From positions 1,290,001 through 1,322,000 of the forward strand of contig OW818653.1 in assembly GCA_942492995.1 (NCBI GenBank): a stretch of 32,000 nucleotides of DNA, in the 5' to 3' direction. This DNA is from an uncultured Erysipelotrichaceae bacterium. GTDB taxonomy: Bacteria > Bacillota_I > Bacilli_A > Erysipelotrichales > Erysipelotrichaceae. A program made the translations under genes and the position numbers. Under the pieces are notes generated by a model that saw only the letters and a list, made by a program, of their open reading frames with translations, had not been told where the DNA came from and did not search any database. This document shows positions 1-6,674 of this stretch, piece by piece. Position 1 is the stretch's first letter, and each line of letters opens with the position of its first letter.

Positions 1-582
1 AGCATCAACAAATGTCTGTGGATTTAATACAAACACAATATCTTTATCGTTAGTCGTAAAGTCTTTAGCCCATTCAAATACATTCCCATTACCGAAACTT
101 AACCCATAATGATCAAGTGCTGCATGATAGCCCACTAAAGTAGGATCAATTCTGAATACTGATTCAAATGCTGGAACTACATCTTGAACATTAACGCCTT
201 CATTCCCTAAATCATATCCAAATACAATCTTATTATCAACAAACATTCCTTCTGGCAATAAGGCAGTATCTAATCCTGCGTTAATAAAAGGTGTCGCTTC
301 AATCTCCATTTTATAGTCGTATGGAGTTGTGAATGCGATGTCTGATGATATCGAGAATACAACTTGATTGTCTGGTGAAGTTAGTGTGTAAAATCTACTT
401 TCATCTACAAGTTGGAAACTTACGTAATTCGCCATATCTCCAAACGCTATAATTGATGGATCTTTTTCATCAACTGGTGTTTCTACTACAGGTGTCTCTA
501 CTACAGGTTCTTCATCTACCTTAGCAGTACATGCGCCTAATGTTAAAACTAACAAAATGGCTAAAATAATCATTCTTTTCAT
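1..582 (-). CDS. Lipoprotein of unknown function, N-terminal 194 codons (ORF runs off the window start)
   Basis: Hand translation of the reverse strand. ATG at 582-580 with SD GAGGGAGA 6 nt upstream. MKRMIILAILLVLTLGAC is a signal peptide plus lipobox, followed by tandem PVVET-PVVET. Frame is open to base 1. Absent from the ORF track because it is truncated. Confidence 0.75.
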   Translation of the reverse strand, partial: MKRMIILAILLVLTLGACTAKVDEEPVVETPVVETPVDEKDPSIIAFGDMANYVSFQLVDESRFYTLTSPDNQVVFSISSDIAFTTPYDYKMEIEATPFINAGLDTALLPEGMFVDNKIVFGYDLGNEGVNVQDVVPAFESVFRIDPTLVGYHAALDHYGLSFGNGNVFEWAKDFTTNDKDIVFVLNPQTFVDA

Positions 583-629
583 GTTTTGTCTCCCTCAGTT
601 TTCACTGCTTATAAACAATAACATAGAAA

Positions 630-702
630 TATGTAGAACTTATGTAGATATGCTTTTTTAGATATCATGCATAATTATGAATTCCTTCATAATTTCTACA
701 TA
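630..702. promoter_or_regulatory. Three copies of a TTCTACATA-like 9-mer in the divergent intergenic region
   Basis: Minus strand reads aTCTACATA (649-641) and TTCTACATA (638-630), facing the lipoprotein gene. Plus strand reads TTCTACATA (694-702), facing the 31-codon ORF. Each copy sits about where a -35 element would be: TATAAG at 613-608 on the minus strand, TAGAGT at 718-723 on the plus strand. Confidence 0.4.
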
Positions 703-743
703 ATATTTCGTTAGATTTAGAGTGTAAATAAGGAGGTGATTTA

Positions 744-839
744 ATGTTAGGTTTAGCACTTGCGAATTGCATACATACTTGTGGACTACGTGGACAAGCA
801 TTAGCTGATTGTATTCAAATGATGATTCATGGTATGTAG
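744..839 (+). CDS. Stand-alone 31-aa Cys/His/Met-rich small protein (MLGLALANCIHTCGLRGQALADCIQMMIHGM)
   Basis: Near-perfect SD AAGGAGGTGAT at 730-740, ATG at 744, TAG at 837-839, and a 12-bp-stem terminator 27 nt downstream. It is the only plus-strand coding candidate in the window. No homology call is possible by eye. Confidence 0.45.
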   Translation: MLGLALANCIHTCGLRGQALADCIQMMIHGM

Positions 840-865
840 TCTTTATAAATATTAAGCGTTATAAG

Positions 866-897
866 AAAAATTCATTCGTTTATAGAATGAATTTTTT
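866..897. terminator. Bidirectional rho-independent terminator
   Basis: AAAAATTCATTC (866-877), 7-nt loop, GAATGAATTTTT (885-896): a perfect 12-bp stem with A/T runs on both sides. It lies between the convergent 31-codon ORF and the SHOCT gene. Confidence 0.8.
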
Positions 898-900
898 AAT

Positions 901-1632
901 TTATTTAAGTGTACTTGTAATCTGTAAGAACTCTTCACGTGTGATTTCACCTCGTGCATAACGTTCTTTCGCAATATTCAACGCATTGTTAGTCGTTGGT
1001 TGACCTTGATTTCTATTATTAGAAGAAACTAAATAAACCACAGCCCCAATCACAATTGCGAATCCTAAGAATCCCATAAACATTCCTCCTGAACCAAAGT
1101 TCATCATTCGATTATTTCCATAGTCTTGTGCATAAGCAAAGCTATCATCATTACGATTATAGCGATAATTGCGACCCATCATTCCATAGTTTTGGTCTGT
1201 ATTATACCCATCATTACGATATCCACGCATCATTGGTCCAATTTGTCCATACGAATTGGTTTGATCATCACTATATCCATATTGCATAAATGTCATCATT
1301 GTAATTGGATAACCATTTAAATAATCAGCTCCAATTTGAGTATGCAAGTTGGTTAATGTTTCTGAATCATCACCACCATAATATTCATCAAGTGCTTCAT
1401 GTTGTTCAGAATCTCCAATATACGCTTCCATTACGGAATCACCAAGTTCTTCAAGTAATACTTCATCAACTAGATTAACATCAATCGCATCATTAACTGT
1501 AATCCCTAAATCAGTTCTAATTTCTGAAACAATTGCGTCAACTGAACGCATAGGTGTTTCTAATGCGCTAACACCAATAACAGTTGTTAATAGAAAAGCG
1601 ACAATAAACAATGAGGTTAATATTTTTTTCAT
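901..1632 (-). CDS. SHOCT-domain membrane protein with signal peptide, acidic region and an N/Y/G/M/R/D-rich low-complexity segment
   Basis: 243-aa ORF. N-terminal signal/TM MKKILTSLFIVAFLLTTVIGVSA, one C-proximal TM (FMGFLGFAIVIGAVVYLV), and a C-terminal AKERYARGEITREEFLQITSTLK matching the SHOCT short C-terminal domain. Confidence 0.8.
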   Translation of the reverse strand: MKKILTSLFIVAFLLTTVIGVSALETPMRSVDAIVSEIRTDLGITVNDAIDVNLVDEVLLEELGDSVMEAYIGDSEQHEALDEYYGGDDSETLTNLHTQIGADYLNGYPITMMTFMQYGYSDDQTNSYGQIGPMMRGYRNDGYNTDQNYGMMGRNYRYNRNDDSFAYAQDYGNNRMMNFGSGGMFMGFLGFAIVIGAVVYLVSSNNRNQGQPTTNNALNIAKERYARGEITREEFLQITSTLK

Positions 1633-1644
1633 TTATCTCCCTTC

Positions 1645-1908
1645 CTACAAACTCTTTCGAATTGTATCGTATTCTTCTTTTGTAATCTCACCTTTAGCAT
1701 ATCGTTCATTAAGGATTTCTATACTTCGATTACTCGTTTGAGATACAACATTCTTATTTGAACGATTCATCAATGTTTTAATTAGCCAAACGATTCCAAC
1801 AATAACTAGAACGATAATAATTAAACAAACTAACATTCCAAACCAACCAAAGTTGCCCATCATTCCAAATCTTGAAAATGCTTGACCACCACTAAATCCT
1901 CTCATCAT
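1645..1908 (-). CDS. Small SHOCT-domain membrane protein
   Basis: 87 aa. Gly/Met/Phe-rich N-terminus (MMRGFSGGQAFSRFGMMGNFGWFGM), one TM, and a C-terminal LNERYAKGEITKEEYDTIRKSL SHOCT motif. SD GAGGGT precedes the ATG. It lies 12 nt upstream of the next SHOCT gene. Confidence 0.8.
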   Translation of the reverse strand: MMRGFSGGQAFSRFGMMGNFGWFGMLVCLIIIVLVIVGIVWLIKTLMNRSNKNVVSQTSNRSIEILNERYAKGEITKEEYDTIRKSL

Positions 1909-2020
1909 ATGTTTACCCTCATATAAAAGTTTAACTTTTATATTATTTTAACTTTCCGTCATATCTCTCTGACATCTGTATCTTAACAGTCAATTGTTAC
2001 AAAAGTGTGTGTTTACACAA

Positions 2021-2048
2021 AGAAAAAACATTGTTTATCACAATGTTT
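2021..2048 (-). terminator. Rho-independent terminator after the nitroreductase gene
   Basis: AAACATTG (2026-2033), 7-nt loop, CAATGTTT (2041-2048). The A-run at 2023-2028 gives a U-tract on the minus-strand transcript. It starts 2 nt after the stop codon. Confidence 0.75.
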
Positions 2049-2050
2049 AA

Positions 2051-2890
2051 TTAATCGATAATTTCCCATGAAATACAATATTCCCAATTCAATATTTGTG
2101 TTGGATCAGAAGTAACAATCCATCTTCCATTAAGATTCAATTCCTTCGCAGAACATTCAAAGTGACATTTCGCAATTCCAATGTCATTAAGTTGAATGTC
2201 ATACCCTACTATTCCATAACCAGGTGTACGACATAAATATATATCATAGTATTTATCTCTTTTTACAATTCTCCACGGTTGTTTGTTTGAGGCAGATGGG
2301 GAAATTCTTACTAAATCAAGTACTGTAGAATAATCTCCAAGTAATTCTTTGTTTAATGCATGCTCGATTGATTCATTAAAGAATATTTCTTCCCATGGTT
2401 TACGTTGGTTTGACTTTGCGACAAATCTTACAGCAGAGTCCATCATTGATAATTTATCTTTTTTATATCCTATCGCAATGAGTATTACTAATGATTCTTT
2501 ATCAACTAATGAAAGATAATTCTCAAAATCTTTACGATTATATGTTCCACCTAACCAACATGTGCCTAAGCCTAAACTTGTCGCATATAATACAAGTTTC
2601 TCTAATTGATAGCCTAATTCAACTTCATGGCCATCTTGTTTAATAATTCCTGCAATATATGTATTTGTCCCTTTAATTACTCCGTAAGTACCTAACTTAA
2701 TGGGTTCCTGTGTGTTAGTATCTTGATTCGTTATGATTTGAAATCTCATCTTTTCATTTACTTCTTGGTTTATATGATCAATTGATAAATTAAGTTTGTT
2801 CATCAACTCTATTTCTATATGTCTATCATCATATGTTCGTACTGATATTCTATCGCGAATACTTTGAATCCAATTTATGTTTGTTTGCAT
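2051..2890 (-). CDS. Nitroreductase-family protein (TM1586-like)
   Basis: ORF with the nitroreductase-type motif SPSASNKQPWR and a second half-domain. The ATG at 2890 (MQTNINW...) follows AAGGAGT, whereas the track start at 2920 has no SD. Confidence 0.8.
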   Translation of the reverse strand: MQTNINWIQSIRDRISVRTYDDRHIEIELMNKLNLSIDHINQEVNEKMRFQIITNQDTNTQEPIKLGTYGVIKGTNTYIAGIIKQDGHEVELGYQLEKLVLYATSLGLGTCWLGGTYNRKDFENYLSLVDKESLVILIAIGYKKDKLSMMDSAVRFVAKSNQRKPWEEIFFNESIEHALNKELLGDYSTVLDLVRISPSASNKQPWRIVKRDKYYDIYLCRTPGYGIVGYDIQLNDIGIAKCHFECSAKELNLNGRWIVTSDPTQILNWEYCISWEIID

Positions 2891-2971
2891 ATTACTCCTT
2901 CGTAAACAATCAAATATCATTCTACATCATTTTTTGATTTGGAATAGTTAATCTACGTTTTAATTACATTA

Positions 2972-3005
2972 TAAATAAAAATAAACCATCATTATGCGAT
3001 GGTTT
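2972..3005 (-). terminator. Rho-independent terminator of the regulator / small-ORF unit
   Basis: AAACCATC (2983-2990), 7-nt loop, GATGGTTT (2998-3005), followed on the minus strand by ATTTTTATTTAT. Confidence 0.75.
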
Positions 3006-3022
3006 CTACTACAATACAAATA

Positions 3023-3100
3023 CTATTTGATTATTCTTAAACCTCGACTGTAACTTACTCCCCCGAGCAATATGCACAACAATTTATTAACTAATCCCAT
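3023..3100 (-). CDS. Candidate 25-aa peptide ORF downstream of the regulator (MGLVNKLLCILLGGVSYSRGLRIIK)
   Basis: ATG at 3100, preceded by GGTGG (partial SD) 4 nt upstream; TAG at 3025-3023. It lies between the regulator stop (3200) and the terminator (2972-3005). The frame stays open upstream to 3190, with only a TTG at 3181 as an alternative start (52 aa). Confidence 0.3.
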   Translation of the reverse strand: MGLVNKLLCILLGGVSYSRGLRIIK

Positions 3101-3199
3101 TACCCACCAACTAATTTTACAATCTAAAAGTAAGATTTCATTATTTTGAATATTTTTTATAAAACGACACTTTAAAGACAAATTAACAAATTATATTCA

Positions 3200-4450
3200 T
3201 TAGTCTTGTGTAATCATATAGAAATCATAGAGACTTTTATATGTATTTGTTTCTGTAACTAACTCAATTAATTGACTTTCAAATATTGAGAATTGAAGAT
3301 TTCTATCTCTTACTTTTTTAAAATCGTGCGCTAAATTCTTCTCTATGAATTTTATACTTTTTATCGCATCTTCTTCAATGTACTTAATTTCAAATAATCG
3401 ATATTGATTCTTATAATAATCTGGATATGCTTCTATATGTTTATTAACTTTATTTAAAAATAACTTTATATCGAAATTTTGGTTTTTTCTATAAATCTCT
3501 ATCATAAACTGCATACTAATTACAGATATAGGTTCATAAATCGAATGTGATAAATTAAAATTTTCAAACGCTTTAATGTATTCCAATTTATACATATAGA
3601 TAATCCCAAGTAGATGGTAAAGTTTAGCTAATTCAAATTTCGGGATGTCATTTTGATTTAATATATAATCGAAGTTTTCTACTTGAAAATTAGTAAATGA
3701 TCTTAATATATTAATATGAACTAGTAAGGATAATCTTTTAGTTCTAAATTTGGTCAAATTATTTATATCATCTATTTGAATTTTATCTAAGAGTCTAAGT
3801 GATTTTATAAACTCCCCATTTCTTATTGAAATATTTATATTTAAAATTCTATTTAATACATTAGAATCATCCAAGATAAGATTAGTTGTAAGAAATTTCC
3901 TTATAGAATCACTATTAAACGGAGATATTTCCAAGAACCATACAATAATATCCTTCAATATTAGGTTGAAAGCATTTGAATGATTAGGGAAATAAAAGAT
4001 AAGTTCTTCTATCTTCTCAATATTTGGTATTTCTGAATGTAAATAGTATTTTAACGATAAGTTTAGAATTTCCAAACATTGCGAAATATAGAAATTATTC
4101 TTATGTATACGATATAAACTATTAAATTCCTTTTCGAATATTTTTAATTGATCATTGTTTTTATATACTAATAAATCAATATAAGTATCCGCAAATTTAA
4201 CTAAATCATCATAGTCTTTTTGAACACTTGAAAAGTTATACCCTAATTTATTAATTAGTACTTCGATTACTTCATCATATGTAAACTCATTTCCATTTTC
4301 GATTCTTGATAATGTGGATTGAGAACAAATTGGAAGTCCTTTATAAATCAAAAAGTTCTTTTGATTATATTCGTTTGATTTATATTTTAGTAGGTATTTT
4401 CTACATCTACCTATTAGTAGACCTATTTGTTGTTTAGTTAGTTTTTCCAT
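3200..4450 (-). CDS. XRE-family HTH transcriptional regulator with a long helical-repeat (TPR-like, RNPP-type) C-terminal region
   Basis: 416-aa ORF with SD GGAGA 8 nt before the ATG. The N-terminus (...GLPICSQSTLSRIENGNEFTYDEVIEVLINKLG) matches the XRE HTH signature. The remaining ~340 aa is TM-free and Y/L/I/N/K/E/F-rich. DNA is very AT-rich. Confidence 0.75.
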   Translation of the reverse strand: MEKLTKQQIGLLIGRCRKYLLKYKSNEYNQKNFLIYKGLPICSQSTLSRIENGNEFTYDEVIEVLINKLGYNFSSVQKDYDDLVKFADTYIDLLVYKNNDQLKIFEKEFNSLYRIHKNNFYISQCLEILNLSLKYYLHSEIPNIEKIEELIFYFPNHSNAFNLILKDIIVWFLEISPFNSDSIRKFLTTNLILDDSNVLNRILNINISIRNGEFIKSLRLLDKIQIDDINNLTKFRTKRLSLLVHINILRSFTNFQVENFDYILNQNDIPKFELAKLYHLLGIIYMYKLEYIKAFENFNLSHSIYEPISVISMQFMIEIYRKNQNFDIKLFLNKVNKHIEAYPDYYKNQYRLFEIKYIEEDAIKSIKFIEKNLAHDFKKVRDRNLQFSIFESQLIELVTETNTYKSLYDFYMITQD

Positions 4451-4549
4451 AGTGTTGTCTCCTGAATTAAATGCCCTTACAATAAAAATTATTCTTTCTA
4501 CGAACTTGTTTGGATTTCTTTATATTTAATATCTTTAATAAATATAAGC

Positions 4550-4627
4550 ATGAAAAAGATTTTCCTTTTAAACTATATCATTATATTCATTGATATTAAT
4601 CAGCAAAAATTCACTTATCCAAAATAA
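4550..4627 (+). CDS. Candidate 25-aa short hydrophobic peptide ORF divergent from the regulator (MKKIFLLNYIIIFIDINQQKFTYPK)
   Basis: ATG at 4550, TAA at 4625-4627, 100 nt from the regulator start on the opposite strand. The MKK + hydrophobic + Asp layout resembles SHP-type pheromone precursors, but no SD is visible. Confidence 0.2.
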   Translation: MKKIFLLNYIIIFIDINQQKFTYPK

Positions 4628-4722
4628 TTCTTAGAATTTTGAGATTAACCATTTTTAAAAAAACTAATATCTCAATTATGATAATAACATACAAAAAAGT
4701 ACCCATTAGGTGCTTAATATGT

Positions 4723-4742
4723 ACATTGGAGTGCGTGACAGG
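4723..4742 (-). repeat. Partial copy of the tRNA-Leu 3' end (att-like direct repeat)
   Basis: acattggagtgcgtgacagg (4723-4742) versus acaatggtgcgcgtgacagg (6671-6690): 17/20 identical, same orientation, with an exact 10-mer gcgtgacagg. Similarity stops at the T-stem. Confidence 0.45.
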
Positions 4743-5122
4743 TTATTAAATATTGTACGCATCTACGTAAACAACCGTAATCTACAGTTATTCGTTTAAA
4801 AAATAATATAGAAATAAATGTATTACTATAGATTTTTATATTCTGTTACCCTTTAGAAATTAATACATTTTAGGTTACATTAAAGTAAATATTGATAAAT
4901 ACAAGTTTTATTGTTCAACACAGAATTGATTAGTTGATGGAGAAGAGGCGTTTCTTGTATATCACTTGGTAAAATTATCCAAAAATTGCAGTACTTAACC
5001 ATATCATCTAATTGGACGACTTGATAATGCAATTTCCGAAATTGAAATGGATACAACAAAAGGTAGAATAAAGAACACCACTACGATCATACTTATGCGT
5101 AAAGTTAAGACAAAAGTATTGA

Positions 5123-6352
5123 TCATACGTTATAAAGTTTAGGATACCTTTTTTGATCCAGATGCAAAAAGAATGGAAATAGTATCATCAATATCAATCC
5201 AAAGCCAAAGATGATAAACCATGCATAGTTGTAATCTATATATTTAAGGGTTTGAGAGAAGAAGTATTGTCCAACACCAATTAATACCATCGACACAACA
5301 CCAATACTAGCTTCCACACGTGCACGGTGTGTGGTTGGAATACGTCTTGTTACATAAGCACCACGTGTGATCGCAAAACTAATTTCACCTAATGTAAAGA
5401 GCCACATACCAATTATAAAAATAATCCAATAGTTAAACAGTAAGGCAAATAACACAAAGGTAAACATATATAGAAGTGTTCCTAATATGAAGCGTTTAAT
5501 CTCTATCGTTTTCTTTAACCAAATGGTTAATAAAGGGGTAAATAGAATAACCACTAAGCCATTAAAACTAGATAAAAACCCATAGAACTCCGAAAAATTA
5601 GTCATCGTTTTTTCAAGTTGTAAAGGGAGTAAAAAATTAACTTGCATATACATCACTTCAGATATCGCTATCATAAGCACGTAAAACCATAAAACAGAAT
5701 TGGTTTTGAAAAGCTTAAAGATACTATCGTGATGACTTTCTTTCTCATAGTCACCAATTTCAATATGTTCTCCTTCACGAAGTCCATCTTGAATATAAAT
5801 ATGAATAAGAATAGTCCCAAATAAAGTTGTTAAACCATCAATAAAAAAAGCTAATCCGAGATGGTTTTGAAAGAGAAAACCTCCTATACTCGGGCCTAAA
5901 ATAAAGCCTAAATTAAAACCTAAGTAAGATAATGAATAAGCTCTTTCTCTGTCTTTTGAAGATGTTTTATCCGCTATTAATGCATGTGAGGCAGGATGAG
6001 AAGCTGTCCCAAAGAATCCAGATAAAAAGAAGATAATAATCGTATGTAAACCTAAAGGTAGAAATGCATTGAGAAAATACCCAGCAACCATCAGATAGGA
6101 AGAAATGAGGATAACGTTTTTTCGTCCATACTTATCTGCCCACTTACCACCTAAGGCTTGGGCAGGTATTTGAATCGCTCCCCCAACAATCATAATGAGA
6201 GCGATGGTTGGCGCATCATAATGAAACTTAGCTGAAAGAATGAGGGTCATCATCGGCCATATAAAAGTACCCATAGCCCCAACGACACGCCCAATAAAAA
6301 GGATATAAATATCCCTTGATAAACCTTTATACTGATGAAATATTTTGAACAT
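5123..6352 (-). CDS. MFS transporter (12-TM)
   Basis: 409-aa polytopic ORF. MFS motif A between TM2 and TM3 (GGKWADKYGRKNVILIS). SD GGAG precedes the ATG. Confidence 0.85.
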   Translation of the reverse strand: MFKIFHQYKGLSRDIYILFIGRVVGAMGTFIWPMMTLILSAKFHYDAPTIALIMIVGGAIQIPAQALGGKWADKYGRKNVILISSYLMVAGYFLNAFLPLGLHTIIIFFLSGFFGTASHPASHALIADKTSSKDRERAYSLSYLGFNLGFILGPSIGGFLFQNHLGLAFFIDGLTTLFGTILIHIYIQDGLREGEHIEIGDYEKESHHDSIFKLFKTNSVLWFYVLMIAISEVMYMQVNFLLPLQLEKTMTNFSEFYGFLSSFNGLVVILFTPLLTIWLKKTIEIKRFILGTLLYMFTFVLFALLFNYWIIFIIGMWLFTLGEISFAITRGAYVTRRIPTTHRARVEASIGVVSMVLIGVGQYFFSQTLKYIDYNYAWFIIFGFGLILMILFPFFLHLDQKRYPKLYNV

Positions 6353-6353
6353 A

Positions 6354-6467
6354 TTAAACTCCTAATTGATTGAGAAGACCACGGGAGAATACAAGCATAA
6401 TAATTAGTGCCATAATAACTCCCAAGGTAACGGTTAAGAGAGCTTTGTTACGATCTATTTGTACCAT
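6354..6467 (-). CDS. Possible small membrane ORF abutting the MFS gene (37 aa, or 19 aa from the internal ATG)
   Basis: MVQIDRNKALLTVTLGVIMALIIMLVFSRGLLNQLGV. Its TAA (6356-6354) lies 1 nt before the MFS ATG, and its last codons contain the MFS SD. The first ATG has GGAG at zero spacing (poor). The internal ATG (codon 19) has GGGAG at 5 nt. Confidence 0.25.
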   Translation of the reverse strand: MVQIDRNKALLTVTLGVIMALIIMLVFSRGLLNQLGV

Positions 6468-6630
6468 CTCCGCAATTTAATAATTTCACTTTCTACCTTT
6501 TAATTATACTAGGTTGACATAGATTTGCATTAGAATTCTGTTAGGCAGGGAATTTAGGGGAATTATTCAATTGTGCTATTTATTATGTAATTTATAATAA
6601 AGTAGCTAATACCCTTTAACAATCGAATCT

Positions 6631-6661
6631 AAAACAAAAGCACATATTTGAAATATGTGCT
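6631..6661 (-). terminator. Rho-independent terminator after tRNA-Leu
   Basis: AGCACATAT (6639-6647), 5-nt loop, ATATGTGCT (6653-6661), followed on the minus strand by TTTGTTTT. Confidence 0.8.
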
Positions 6662-6674
6662 CTATTTGTTACAA

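Noticed and set aside
744-2890. The idea that the Cys-rich 31-codon ORF plus the nitroreductase-family protein form a TOMM/RiPP (SagB-like dehydrogenase) cluster.
   Set aside because: No YcaO/cyclodehydratase, radical-SAM, lanthipeptide synthetase, protease or dedicated exporter is present. The genes are on opposite strands, separated by two SHOCT genes and two terminators. The nitroreductase looks like the common TM1586-type stand-alone enzyme.
3183-3200. Five-codon ORF (MNIIC) overlapping the regulator stop codon (TAATG).
   Set aside because: It is too short to carry an export signal, has no SD, and known RNPP pentapeptides are processed from longer precursors.
4520-4547. Inverted repeat TTATATTTA...TAAATATAA upstream of the divergent 25-codon ORF, considered as a regulator operator.
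   Set aside because: Pure A/T 9-mers forming palindromes are common by chance in ~20% GC DNA. No second copy or flanking specificity is visible, so it is mentioned only as context.
4746-5122. A ~380-nt ORF-free stretch, examined for integrase/transposase pseudogene remnants, ncRNA structure and repeats.
   Set aside because: All six frames give only very short ORFs (11-31 aa) with no recognisable recombinase motifs. I found no convincing stems or repeats beyond short AT-rich matches.
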